Assembly (NCBI GenBank): GCA_030248215.1
Contig: JASANG010003494.1
Coordinates: forward strand, 62,001-126,000
DNA length: 64,000 nt
Direction: 5' to 3'
From: Enoplolaimus lenunculus
Taxonomy: Eukaryota
The position numbers were made by a program, and so were the translations under genes. Positions 1-11,305 of the stretch are shown here, one piece after another. Position 1 is the first letter of the stretch. The number at the start of each line of letters is the position of its first letter. The notes under the pieces were generated by a model. That model saw only the letters and a program-made list of their open reading frames with translations, was not told the origin of the DNA and did no database searches.

Positions 1-157
1 GCTTAGGCGTAGGCGTAGGCTTCGGCTTAGGATTAGGCTTTGATTATTTAGTTCCTTTTTTGAAACATTACGGAAAGTGAAGCTTCCAAAATTGTTTTAA
101 ATTACAAATAAACTTACTAACAGACTCTACCTTAATAAAAAATATATACGAAATTTT

Positions 158-239
158 TTACTGCCATACCGAAGTCGTCGATCGGTTTACTGCCAAAGCG
201 CGAGTCTGATCTTCCGTTGTACCCTGAGCTGAACTGTTG
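158..239 (-). CDS. Putative terminal exon of an unknown gene (..CNSSAQGTTEDQTRALAVNRSTTSVWQ*)
   Basis: Acceptor atgtcAG at 241-240; starting phase matches the donor of the 1024-1300 exon; open to TAA at 160-158. Confidence 0.4.
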
Positions 240-1023
240 CTGACATTTCAGTTAAGTTCAAAATACTCGTGGAATTTATTTTTATACAATAATAGTTGTT
301 AGCTTATATGTATTTTAAGCAAAAAAATATGCTAATTATTGAATTATATTAATTCACGGTGCAACCAGAGGTGAAACCTACCAGAGCCGGGACCTAAGGT
401 CAGCAAATTTTGCCGGAGCTGAAGGTGAAATGAAATTAGGCAGTTAAAATGATTAAAATGATGTTTAATTTGCTAATTTTACAAATTATTAGTCAGGTGT
501 TGTTGAATCTTTTTTGTTACGCTGACCAAAATTGGCAGAACCTTCGGCAAACATTTTATCGGAACCGGAGCCGGAAATCGATTTTCTGCCGGAGCCGAAG
601 GTCAATTTTTAGCTAGAGCCGGAACCGGAGGCAGACTTCCGGTTGTATCCTGATATATTAATAAGTTTCTAAATTACTCTCTAAAAACTTAAACTTAAAT
701 TATAGCTTAACTAAACTTGAATATTAGTTTAAGTAGATCTTAAATGGCTGGACGGACTAACTAAACTAAAATTTTAAGTTTTACTTAAACTATTAAGTTT
801 AACACGACTTTAAGTAGCTTATTTTTAGTTTATTAAGTAACAAGTGCAGCTGGTGTATCTAAGAGTTCATTTAGTTTAGCTTAAACTGAAAATAAGTAAG
901 ATTTTAAATGAGTTTAAGCATAAAGCCTACCAGTTAGTTTTGTTAATCTAGAAAGTTAGTTTAATACTGGTGGATTAGCTTAAGCTTAAATAAAGTTAGT
1001 TTAAGCTTTTAGTGAGTACTTAC

Positions 1024-1300
1024 CATTCCTCAGACTCTCCCTCGTTGCCCGTTGCTTCATTTCCGTGCATATTTTGCAACTTTTTCTCAAATTTATTTTC
1101 TTTCAAATTCGAACCAATTCCTAATTCCGGTAGGTGCCCATCTTTTAAATCTTGTGGTTTCGTCAGATCCTGGTGATCAAACTGTTCAAAAGGTTCGCCT
1201 GTAGCGATTGACGTTTCTTGTGATCGACTTTGCTTTGAAAATGCCGTTGGTCGATATTGCAATGATATCGTTGAGAATTTGTGCATTTTAACGTTTCGGG
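1024..1300 (-). CDS. Putative internal exon encoding a hydrophilic, charged segment; function unknown
   Basis: tttcAG acceptor at 1306-1301, GTAAGT donor at 1023-1018, open frame throughout (ORF 1020-1310). Confidence 0.5.
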
Positions 1301-1355
1301 CTGAAACCAAAGCTGATTATTAGCTTGCGTAAGTTTAGAGCCGCACAGAAACGGG

Positions 1356-1517
1356 GGCCTATGTTTAGAACGGGGCCGGAACAGTAGTATAAGCATGTTT
1401 CTAATCCTAAGCCTAAGCGTAAGGATGAACCTATTCCTAAGCCTAAGCCTAAAAGCTTAAACTGACTCTATTATAGCCCCTCCAGAAAACGATGCGGCCC
1501 TGTTCTGTACATGGGCC
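1356..1517. mobile_element. Telomere-repeat MITE (TIR subtype A)
   Basis: TIRs GGCCTATGTTTAGAACGGGGCCG / CGGCCCTGTTCTGTACATGGGCC; TSD gaaacggg/gaaatggg; internal GCCTAA repeats. Confidence 0.85.
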
Positions 1518-1705
1518 GAAATGGGGTCATGGGGCAGGGCCCTGTTCTATGCATGGGCCGAAACTGGGGTCATGGGGCAGGTCCCTGTTTTATGCATGGG
1601 CCGAAACTGGGGTCATGGGGCAGGGCCCTGTTCTATGCATGGGCCGAAACTGGGGTCATGGGGCAGGGCCCTGTTTTATGCATGGGCCGAAGCTGGGGTC
1701 ATAGG
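1496..1705. repeat. ~43-bp tandem repeat, ~5 copies, made of the MITE right TIR plus TSD and flank
   Basis: Unit ggccctgttctatgcatgggccgaaactggggtcatggggcag. Confidence 0.9.
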
Positions 1706-1750
1706 GCAACCCGTAATCCGAACTTATTTCTATTGGGACAGGACCTTGCA

Positions 1751-3688
1751 TCATTGTACAGTCATTAATGGTTTGTCAATCTTGGTGTCGTTTATTTCAT
1801 GCACATGCAACGGCGCAACCAGCATCTCAACCCTTGAAAGGTGTATTTAAGATGAGCGAATAAATATTTGAAGCCAGGAGTGAAACTTGCGCGTTCTAAA
1901 GCAAGATTCACTTTCAGGATACATTCCATCTCTTTCGGAAACTTTCCAGCAAAAGTAATTGGGTACTCAGGGTTTCGAATCTTCGTTCATGCCTCATAGC
2001 TCCATGCCGCATCAAGCCAGATCTTTGGTGTCATGACAAATGTATGGAACAGGGCCGTAAGCATATTCCTAAGCCAAAGCGTGAGAATGAGTTTCTTGTA
2101 CCTCAGCCTAAGAAGCCTAAACAAAAAGCTTGAAAGCTTAAGCTGATGCTATTGCGAATTGCCGAAAAGCGTTTCGCACCTGATGTTTACATGGGCCAGA
2201 AACCACAATGAAGCCAAGCGTCAAAATATTTGGACCTCAGCCTCCCGAAAATACTTTAAGGGCCTGCGGCCTGCCTGTGTACAGCTGAAACGGGGCTGTT
2301 TTTCCTTAGGACTGCAATAGAATAAGCTTACGCTTTTAGACTAGTTTTTGTTTATGCTTATAAGCTCACGCCTAGATTTATAAGCGTATTTTTACGCTGA
2401 GACTTCGGCTTAGGCTTAACAATATGCTTAACCTACTGTAGTACGTCCCACATCTATGCATGGTCCGAAACTTACAAAGCGCAATCCCAACACCAATAAT
2501 TGCCGCAATCAGCAAACATCCACCAATCACCATAAATATTCCGTTGACTTTGGTCGTTCGAAAGTATCCGGTGGAACCAAATATAATGCACATCACGCCA
2601 AATATTGATCCTATACCTGACGCTGCGTAAACAACAACAACTGCACATTTTCGATACGAGTACGGTTGTGAAATAGTCCCGGCGTAGACCAAAGGACCGC
2701 CTTTACTGCATCCTTGAGTCCCTCGACCTGCTATTGCGGCCTGAAAGTTCAACATGTTTAGGCTAACATTACTTTTAGGGGCATTACATTAGACTAGGCC
2801 TCGAGTAAACCTTAGCGACATAATAAGTCTCATACCGCAGCAGTGGAAGCCTAATTGCTTTAAGCATAGGTCTAAATAAGTATGGGTCTAAAACTAAGCC
2901 TAAGGCTAAACCTAAACTTGGTGTATGGTTTAATGTAAAAATTTAAAAGTACTATATTCTTAAGCACGGTATGCATATAAAAGTAACATGCACCCAGAAT
3001 AATTAATATTATATTTTTGTTTTCGCCAATTTTGTGCAATTTAAATTTTCGTTGACCAGTAATTTCTTTTATTTACGATTCCAGTAAATTTGACCGACCT
3101 TAGCTTAGCGACAAAGACCAACCAATCAAAATCTGTTTGCTTTTCAGTAGTGGTTTGGGCTGGCGTTGACAACAATTGAAAAGGTCCCAGTCGCCAATAA
3201 GAATGAATAACAATTTTGAGCACGACAAATCTAATCTATTTGTGCTTAAATCTTTTCGTAACTTGGGCCGTTTTGAAATTAATCCTGATTTTTAATATCA
3301 GGGGCAACCGGGGGTTAACTCACGTAATTTTTGAGCTACGGTAACTTTGAATGTACTTTCTTAAAACTCGTTTAGAGTGCTATTCTCATTAGTGTAAAAA
3401 TCAAGTTTTGAGTTAACAAATTTTAGCATTACAATTTACACTACAATTTTCACCGAATTTAAAATTATAAGCTGTTGAGTCCAACTTGAGTAGATTTTAA
3501 TACCGGAGCCGGAGTTGGAGGTCAACAAAACTTGCCGAAGCCGTAGTCAGGGGTAAGGCGAAGAGGTTGATTTTCTGCCGGAGCCGGAGCCAGACCTCCG
3601 GTTGTATCGTAATATTTATATAATCAAATTTGGACCTAGCGTGACGACTAAAATGATCTCCATTGAAAATATTTCAACTTACGTGCAT
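1751..3688 (-). CDS. Putative ~131-aa two-transmembrane orphan protein; exons 3688-3683, 2740-2433, 1832-1751
   Basis: ATGCAC|gtaagt donor; tttcag|GCC...AG|gttaag exon with two hydrophobic helices (CAVVVVYAASGIGSIFGVMCIIFG; GIFMVIGGCLLIAAIIGVGIALC); ctttcaag|G exon to TGA; phases are compatible. The middle exon is the best supported. Confidence 0.55.
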
Positions 3689-3814
3689 TTGAATTTTCCA
3701 CTCTGAATTAACGCAGGAACGTTACCGGTAATTCATGTGTCATCCCTTCTTGAAGATAGCGTCAAAAATACACAACACTTGAGTTCTAAAAAGCGTTTAT
3801 ATATTCGTTTATAT

Positions 3815-3992
3815 GGCTAATGTTTAGAACAGGGCCGGAACAGTAGTATAAGCATATTTCTAAGCCTAAGCATAAGAATGAGCCTTTACCTAAGCCTAAG
3901 CCTAAGCCAAGCAAAAAAATTAGTCTAAAGCTTAAGCGTACTCTATTACAGTCCCGCCGGAAAACGTTCCGGCCCTGTTCTCTATATGGGCC
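3815..3992. mobile_element. Telomere-repeat MITE (subtype A)
   Basis: GGCTAATGTTTAGAACAGGGCCGGAA...TTCCGGCCCTGTTCTCTATATGGGCC; TSD gtttatat/gtttatta. Confidence 0.85.
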
Positions 3993-4164
3993 GTTTATTA
4001 AGGCTAGAATTGCACTTTGGGAAGCAACGAAAGACATTAACTGTATTTAGTTAGACTAACTATTCATTTTAGAGTTACTCCACTTCGTGAAGAAGAAATT
4101 CACAGGTTTTTGTTCTCAGAATTCCAAAAATTACCACTGTTTCAGGCAAATTTATTTTCAAAGT

Positions 4165-4355
4165 GGCCAATGTAAAGAACAGAGGCGGAAAACTGTATTA
4201 TAAGCATATTCCTAAGCCTCATCCTAAGCGTGAGAATGTGCATGTTCCAGAGCGTAAGCCTAAGCCTAAGCCAAGCAAAAAAATAGTCTAAAGCTTAAGC
4301 TTGCTCTATTGCAGACCCACAGAAAAGTGTTCCACCCCTTATCTTTACATGGGCC
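4165..4355. mobile_element. Telomere-repeat MITE (subtype B)
   Basis: GGCCAATGTAAAGAACAG...TCTTTACATGGGCC; TSD ttcaaagt/ttcaaaat. Confidence 0.85.
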
Positions 4356-5716
4356 TTCAAAATTAATCCAACGAGGAAACTCAAAAACTTTACTTAAAAT
4401 GAAGTCAAAATAAAATATATGAATTAATTTTAGATTAAAAGAATTTAAATCAACAAAGATGAAAGCTTTTCATTTAATCTTCTGTGGGAATATAGAAACG
4501 TAAATTTAGAGCTTAGCCAGCAATACCACAGTTTGTTTTCAGGCTAAATTTGTTATTTGTTACCGCTAGAAGTAAAATTTTCTCAAACCCAACAGCCCGT
4601 GGGGCCTTCAAATCCTAAGCTACATTAGCATTTTTGTATGCAAATTCAAAAAATATTTATTCATCACAAAAACACCTGCAGATTTGATTACAGGCAAATA
4701 AGCAAAAATATGAATATTTTCGAAGTAATTTTCAAATTAAGGTCCATGTTTGCGTGGTTGGCCCATAAAAGTAACATTGACCGTGCGGTTCAGCAATTTG
4801 TTTTGTGACAGGTACGCAACACCAAACATCGTCTAATGTTTTGCCAAGCAAACCTGATGTAGGTTATATTTCACAAATGTTAACCAGGTTTAAGAGCGTC
4901 AGAAAATGGTTGTTTTCGTAGCGTATCTGCACCAATTCTTGCAGTTGCATTCAGTGGTGTAAAAAAGTGAGTAAAGAGTTTCTTACCCGTGCTTGACTTT
5001 ACCGGCGGAAATTTTATTTTTTTTACCTGCGGATATGCTCGCACAAAATTATTTTACCCGTAACACGCGAAAAGCTTGCTGTTTTGAGACAGATTTGAAA
5101 CGAGTTTTCAAGACTTGTTATGGAGGTTATTCAGAGAAGAAATACTCAAAGCAAAGTTCAGAATTACGTATACAATATTGGGGCCCCACCAAACTATATT
5201 TTAGAACAATGAGGGGTGAGCAATAATTAAACCCCATGTCCAATGCTGAGCCTATTGTCAACATGCTGTTGTACTTTATTGACCCGAACAAGAGGGGGTA
5301 AAGAGGGGTTAGGGGGTTCCCATATTGAGCCCCATACAACGGGGAGTTCGTATCTGTAACCGAATGTCATGTTGGGATGGGGTACCCTCTGGAGAGGCCA
5401 AATAAATATCAGTCCCCCTCTTATTCGGGTCACTACAATGTTAGAAATCGAACAGCGGTGGATCTTGGAATTTCCGACGGGAAAATTAAAACTTTTAATT
5501 TATTAAATAAATCGACTTCAGCTTCATGTAAGCTTCAGATAAACCAGTTGTATTGTAAAATTTTCAGCACAACCGGACTGTTGATCGCTCAGTTGCACTG
5601 TGTACACATTTTCAAGTTAACCCTTTCTCACATGAATATTTTCTGTTTCATTGGACATGTACTTTCAAGGTTGGATTTGAATCTGTGTTTTTCAGATGAA
5701 AATTGTTTTACCAGCA

Positions 5717-6208
5717 CCACTGAGCTATAGGACTTTGATACTCCAGCTCCAGTGTGCCTTCGTTGACAATCGAGCTCCAGTGTGCCTTCTTTGGCACTCG
5801 AGCTCCAGTGTGCCTTCGTTGACACTCGAGCTCCAGTGTGCCTTCTTTGGCACTCGAGCTCCAGTGTGCCTTCTTTGGTACTCGAGCTCCAGTGTGCCTT
5901 CTTTGGCACTCGAGCTCCAGTGTGCCTTCTTTGGCACTCGAGCTCCAGTGTGCCTTCGTTGACACTCGAATTCCAGTGTGCCTTCTTTGGCACTCGAGCT
6001 CCAGTGTGCCTTCTTTGGCACTCGAGCTCCAGTGTGACTTCGTTGACACTCGAACTCCAGTGTGCCTTCTTTGGTACTCGAGCTCCAGTGTGCCTTGTCT
6101 GGTACTCGAGCTCCAGTGTGCCTTGTTTGGTACTCGAGCTCCAGTGTGCCTTCTTTGGCACTCGAGCTCCAATGTGCCTTCTTTGGCACTCGAGCTCCAG
6201 TGTGCTTT
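5717..6208. repeat. 28-bp minisatellite, ~17 copies
   Basis: Unit cactcgagctccagtgtgccttctttgg, head-to-tail with no spacers. Confidence 0.95.
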
Positions 6209-6544
6209 CATACCTTGTGATAATTTTCTACCTTTTACACAAAAGTGTATTAATTGTTAAACACTGCGTATTGTGTATTATTTTGCGCAAATAATTTACG
6301 CTAAGTTGCTCACAGTCGACTCTATGTTTAAAAGAGGTTAAAATTTAAAATTTGTTCAACTTAAAACAGTTAAGTTAAGAGTTGGTTCGGTCAAAACAAA
6401 ATGTCGCCTCAGCTAATATGCTTATACCCGTAGCAACTGGTGTCTAAAAACGGTTAAAATGAAACAACAGGAAATTTCAAAACGTAATTTGGTTACGAAA
6501 AGAACGCTAGTGTGAGTGCCTGAAAGTCACAAGATGCGCAGATA

Positions 6545-6749
6545 GGCACATGTATAGAACACTGCCGGATCGTTTTCCGGAGGGGCTATAATAGAGTCAG
6601 TTTAAGCTTTAGATAAACACTTTTTTGCTTAGACTTAGGCTTAGGCTTAGGCTTAGGAATAATCTCATGCATAGGCTTAGGCTTAGGCTTAGGCTTAGGC
6701 TTAGGAATATGCTTATACTACTGTTCCGGCCCTGTTCTATACATGGGCT
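6545..6749. mobile_element. Telomere-repeat MITE (subtype A) with a perfect TSD
   Basis: cgcagata on both sides; TIRs GGCACATGTATAGAAC / GTTCTATACATGGGCT; (TTAGGC)n interior. Confidence 0.9.
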
Positions 6750-7903
6750 CGCAGATAACCTGCTGTGGAAGTTAAAATATAGAAGCTAAAATTATACAGG
6801 GTTTAACCTTGTATTCTTAGATGCAGGTAGTCTCTATCGCTAGTCAAAGATGGATTTTGAATAATACAAAGAGTCGATTTTAACGTGTAAAATTGAAAAA
6901 ACTAGTTGACAGACCTAAGTACGGGGGGTAGATCAAAAACGTAACTTGTGCGGAGTACATTCTTTTTACGTCTTGGTAATATATACCTTACGATAGGCAT
7001 GCGGACGCCAACGGCGAATCTATGGGTTCTATAGATCGAAATTATTTTCGACTAAACTTGAACAAAACTAAACATTAGCTTTAACTGTTGCACAAAACTG
7101 TAACACATTGCGTTTTTCTCGCGCTTCAAATGCGGAACAAGTCTTACTTAGGCATACGTTTATACTTAGACTTAGTCTTAGGCCAAAAGCATCCATGTAA
7201 TAATTATTCGAATAATAATTATTCGAATTGCTCAAGGGCGGAACGTTTTTCTGTGGAACTGCAATATATAGAGTAAAGTCTAAGCTTTAGAGTCATTTTT
7301 TGCTTGGCTTCGGCTTACGCTTAGGCTTATGCTTTTAGAAATATGCTCATTCTTACGCCTAGGCTTAAGCTTAGGATTAGGCTCACGTTAGGCTTAGGCT
7401 TAGGAATATGCTCATTCTTACGCTTAAGCTTATAGGCTTATGCTTTGGCTTAGGCGTACAAATTTGCTAATAATACGAATTCCACCCCTGTTGTTTACAT
7501 TGGCTGACTTTTAGGCCAAAAACATCCATGTAATAATTATTCGCATTTTCTATCTATAAACCAGCGTTGAACATTTGTTTTCGTGGGCGTAAACGGATGC
7601 CAGCTTGGAAACCGCAAAATTACAAGGACTCAGCCGGTTGAGATCCACTTTACCCTTACACGAGTTCACTAAATTTTTTATTCAATAAGCTCTCCATAGT
7701 AATTGTAAGCTTATCAAACGTATAGTTCGCGACATGTTCATATGCTTATATATGCACATCTGTACCGCAACCACGGTGGGCGAAGGTACCCGATGACCCC
7801 TTACAAACAGCTTGTATGCCCCTGCCTGAAAATTTTTTCAATCAAAACAATTCGATGTTACAAAGTTTTTGTAACCTCTGGAAAGCTAGTTGTTCCCTTC
7901 TTG

Positions 7904-8116
7904 GGCCGATGTATAGAACAGGGGGCCGGAATGTTTTCCTGCAGGGCTGTAATAGTGTCAAGTTAAGCTTTAGACTAACCTTTTTTGCCTAGGCGTAGAC
8001 GTAGGCTTAGGCTTGGGCATAGGAATAGGCTCATCCTTACGCTTAGGCTTAAGCTTAGGCTTAGGCTTAGGAATATGCTTATACCACTGTTCCCGACCCT
8101 GTTCGATACATGGGCT
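7904..8116. mobile_element. Telomere-repeat MITE (subtype A)
   Basis: TIRs plus TSD ccttcttg/acttcttg. Confidence 0.85.
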
Positions 8117-8461
8117 ACTTCTTGTAGCCGTTCCTGGTTGCGGCTTGCAAAGTATTTACTCCGGCCAATGATAAAATTCGAGTGGCTCGTTTACTCCGCC
8201 CACTCAAGTTACGCCGTTGCTGATTGGGTGTTGAGAATTTCTAAGTTTAGTTAAAGCCACCGAGCTTAAGCAAAATTTCGACTCATGTTCAGTAAACTGG
8301 GCAAGTCGATCGTCAAGCTATCGAAATAAATTTTATAGAAATGTCATTGCTTCTCTTACATGTTTACAGATCTGAACGTTCTTGGTGTCACTTTAGTTAA
8401 ATTTGCCGCGGATTCTCCTTCATTAACCAATAAAAATTTGTGAGCCTTAAAATAACAAAAT

Positions 8462-8740
8462 TTATCCAAATATCATTGGTTCATAGTCACGTTTTCCGAA
8501 CATCATTGGACGATACTCACGATCTTCTCGTTCAAAAGTTGCCGAATCAGGTCGATTCTTTGCAAGTGTGTCCAACTCTTGTGGTAGCCGCTTGAGACGT
8601 CCCGATTGCTGATTGGCTGGAAATTTATTGACAAAATAAAGTGCGGACGCTTCAGTGGCGCTGTGGTTCGATACGATGATTGATAAGCAAATGGCCGTGA
8701 GTACGAGCCCGGCTGTGTACAAATTTCGTGTTGATTGCAT
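8462..8740 (-). CDS. nlp-12: 92-aa neuropeptide precursor, NLP-12 / cholecystokinin-sulfakinin type
   Basis: N-terminal hydrophobic signal peptide (LYTAGLVLTAICLSIIVS), KR sites, C-terminal R-EYRPMMFG-KR-DYEPMIFG-stop resembling NLP-12 DYRPLQFG; ctgcAG acceptor-like site 7 nt before the ATG. Confidence 0.8.
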   Translation of the reverse strand: MQSTRNLYTAGLVLTAICLSIIVSNHSATEASALYFVNKFPANQQSGRLKRLPQELDTLAKNRPDSATFEREDREYRPMMFGKRDYEPMIFG

Positions 8741-9210
8741 TATTAAACTGCAGTTAAATCTTCGATTTAAATATGGTTGGTAACCTTTATTAACTGAAAT
8801 CGTAGACGTAAGATTCTGGTTTGCGTTAATGATACAACTTCGTTTTGCGGTCAAAAGGTTATTTGAATGGAACGCGGGGTGCCGACCGTCCCCGCTTGTC
8901 GCATACACAACTTGGTTTCATTCGTGACATGCGGCGGCACAAGGCGACCTGGACCACAGAAAAGTATAGCACAACGCTTAAATGCTTAAATTTGTGTGTT
9001 AGCTAACACAGTTTTGAACACAATTAATTGTTCGCCCAGTACAAAATCTCCACAAGACGTGAGATGGATTTCTCATTTCGAGCGCCCAGCGTATTTTGGG
9101 AAAACGGGTACAAATCAATAGAACTTAACAATCATACAAGACCAAAAATCATGAGAAAAATAATTGAAAATTTTTTTGTGAAAGCTTGAGCATATATACG
9201 TAGTCTTCAG

Positions 9211-9499
9211 CAGAGGCGGATCCAAAAATTTCCGACTTGGGGGGAGGCGGGCTGGCAAATGTTATGAAACGCAAAAATTGTAAGGTAAGGACCTAATCAT
9301 TTTATCACCAAAAAATCTTCTGAGGGTAAAAAATTGTATGGGAGGGAGAGACCTTACCATTTTATTACAAAATATTATGCGGGAAAAAATTGTTTTTTAA
9401 GAAAATTTTAAAATTGTAAAGTAGGGGGACCTTACCATTTTAACGCAAAAAAGTTTCTGATAGGGGGCGTACGCAACCCCCCCACTGGATCCGCTAGTG
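9211..9499. mobile_element. hAT-like MITE (CAG..GCGGATCC ends); relatives at 19918-20210, 41401-41588, 57423-57615
   Basis: CAGAGGCGGATCCA...TGGATCCGCTAGTG; the 19918 copy has 8-bp TSD gtggtgtc/ttggtgtc. Confidence 0.7.
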
Positions 9500-11103
9500 G
9501 CTTTCAATTATTGCGTTCTTTAATGTCTTAGCTAATCTCTATTGCTCAAAAATTTCACCTAAATATATCTGATCAAGGTCTTATTCGAGCAAAGAAAATT
9601 TTACCGTTATCTCAGGCTAAAAGTTCTACTCGGTAAACTCGTGGAACCCTGAGGTTGCCCATATCCAACCAACATACACGGGACCCTATAATAACGGAAA
9701 CTTCACCCTCGGTTCCAATTATCATTATTCAATTTCAATAAAAACCTTGCGAGACTGTCTCCAGCAATGAACGCGACCACTGATTTTAGCTGCAGTTTTA
9801 TTAATAATTTATGAAACTTCAAAGTAACAAAAATTCGCTTTTTGAAAACCTAAAAGTTACTCCGCCCAAAAATCAACTCAAGCAACGATCGTTTGCGTGG
9901 CTCATGTATAGAACAGGGCCGGAACATTTTCCGGCGGGCCTGTAATAGAGTCAGCGTAAGCTTTAGACCAACTTTTTTGCTTAGGCTTAGGCTTAGGCTT
10001 AGGAATAGGCTCATCCTTACGCTTATGCTTAGGCTTAGGAAAACGCATATATTACTGTTCCAGCCCTGTTCTATACATTACCTTTGGGCCGGTATCGCTG
10101 GCACCGAACTACGGTATTTGTTTAGTTTACCTCCAGACCAAGTGTGCCCACAAAATGACTGAAATTATAAAATATGCTTATTGCTTATGCTTAAGCCTGA
10201 AGCTTTATGCTTATAGGTTTAAAACTTAGGTTTATGATCAGGGTTAGGAAAACCGGTCTAAGTATGCCGAGATCAGAGGCGGACCGATTTTTCGTTGCAC
10301 CGAGGTGGACTAAGCTTAAGTTGACAGTAATTTTGTTTACTTGGATTTAGGTATAAGCTTATCCTTCACGCTTAACCTTAGGCTTAGGCTTAGGAATACG
10401 CATATACTACTGTTAGGGCCCTGATCTCTATATTGGATTGAAAAATGATCATTATAAACGCTGAAATAAAAACTATTGCTTCTATCAAATTAATACTAAA
10501 TTATTGCTAGTGAGTAAAACCGTGATGGGTAAAGTAAACAAGTACCAAACTGTCAACTCTGACACTCGTGATGACGAAAACATTTTGCACCAGGGTGGGT
10601 TATCAATTTGCTCCGGTCCATCGAAATGTGATTCCACTATAAATACCGGTTCCTTGTTTAAGTGAAAATAAACCGTTTTAAAAATCATTCGGGTTCTTTT
10701 CCGTTATCTGCCTAGCCAGGTTGGCTTAAAAATGGTTAGATTTTGAAAATTTTTTTTGCATATTTCAGGCTTCTCATGCCATCCTGGTGAGCATTCCACG
10801 CCGAAATTTGAATTTTTGAAAAATTCAATTTTTAAGGTTCCAACGCAACCAAAAACGTGGATAATCTGTACACTTGAAAGTCGAAATCAGCAAAACGACT
10901 ATAAACAAGCGATTTAAGGTTAAACTTTTAATTGAGAAACTACATTGGTAACTCAATTGAAAGTTTATTATTTTCCAAAAATACTCAAAATCAAACGTTC
11001 CCCGTGGGAAAACACATAGTTCAACTGAGGTAAACTTTACAAATTGTTTCTGTAATGAAATTGAACAAAAATGATTAGTCGAAAATTTGTTCAAATAATA
11101 ATA

Positions 11104-11305
11104 GGCCAATGTTACTTTAAGGGGCGTAACAGTAGATTAAGCGTATTCCTAAGCCTAAGCCTAAGCCTAAGCGTGGCAAAAATGTGTTCCTACGCCTGCG
11201 CCTAAGCCTAAGCCTAGGCCTAGGCAAAACATGTAATCTAGAATCTAAACCTACTCTTTTATGGACCCACCAGAAACCTGCCCGCTTCTTAAAGTAAAAT
11301 GGGCC
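11104..11305. mobile_element. Telomere-repeat MITE (subtype C); relatives at 12996-13230, 18636-18824, 33472-33674, 54791-54998, 59821-60008
   Basis: TIR GGCC(A/C)ATGTTACTTTAAGGGGCG; GCCTAA interior; degenerate 8-bp TSDs in some copies (ctcttatt/atcttatg). Confidence 0.85.

Noticed and set aside
1..50. TTAGGC repeats at the window start as a true telomere
   Set aside because: Short and degenerate, like the MITE-associated interstitial repeats found throughout the window
5628..6294. Overlapping 88-177 aa ORFs; superficially CRISPR-sized 28-bp repeat
   Set aside because: Head-to-tail repeat with no unique spacers, no cas genes and a eukaryotic context; the ORFs are repeat read-through in several frames
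8741..8908. N-terminal extension of the neuropeptide ORF in the ORF track
   Set aside because: Begins at a non-ATG codon; the signal peptide follows the ATG at 8740
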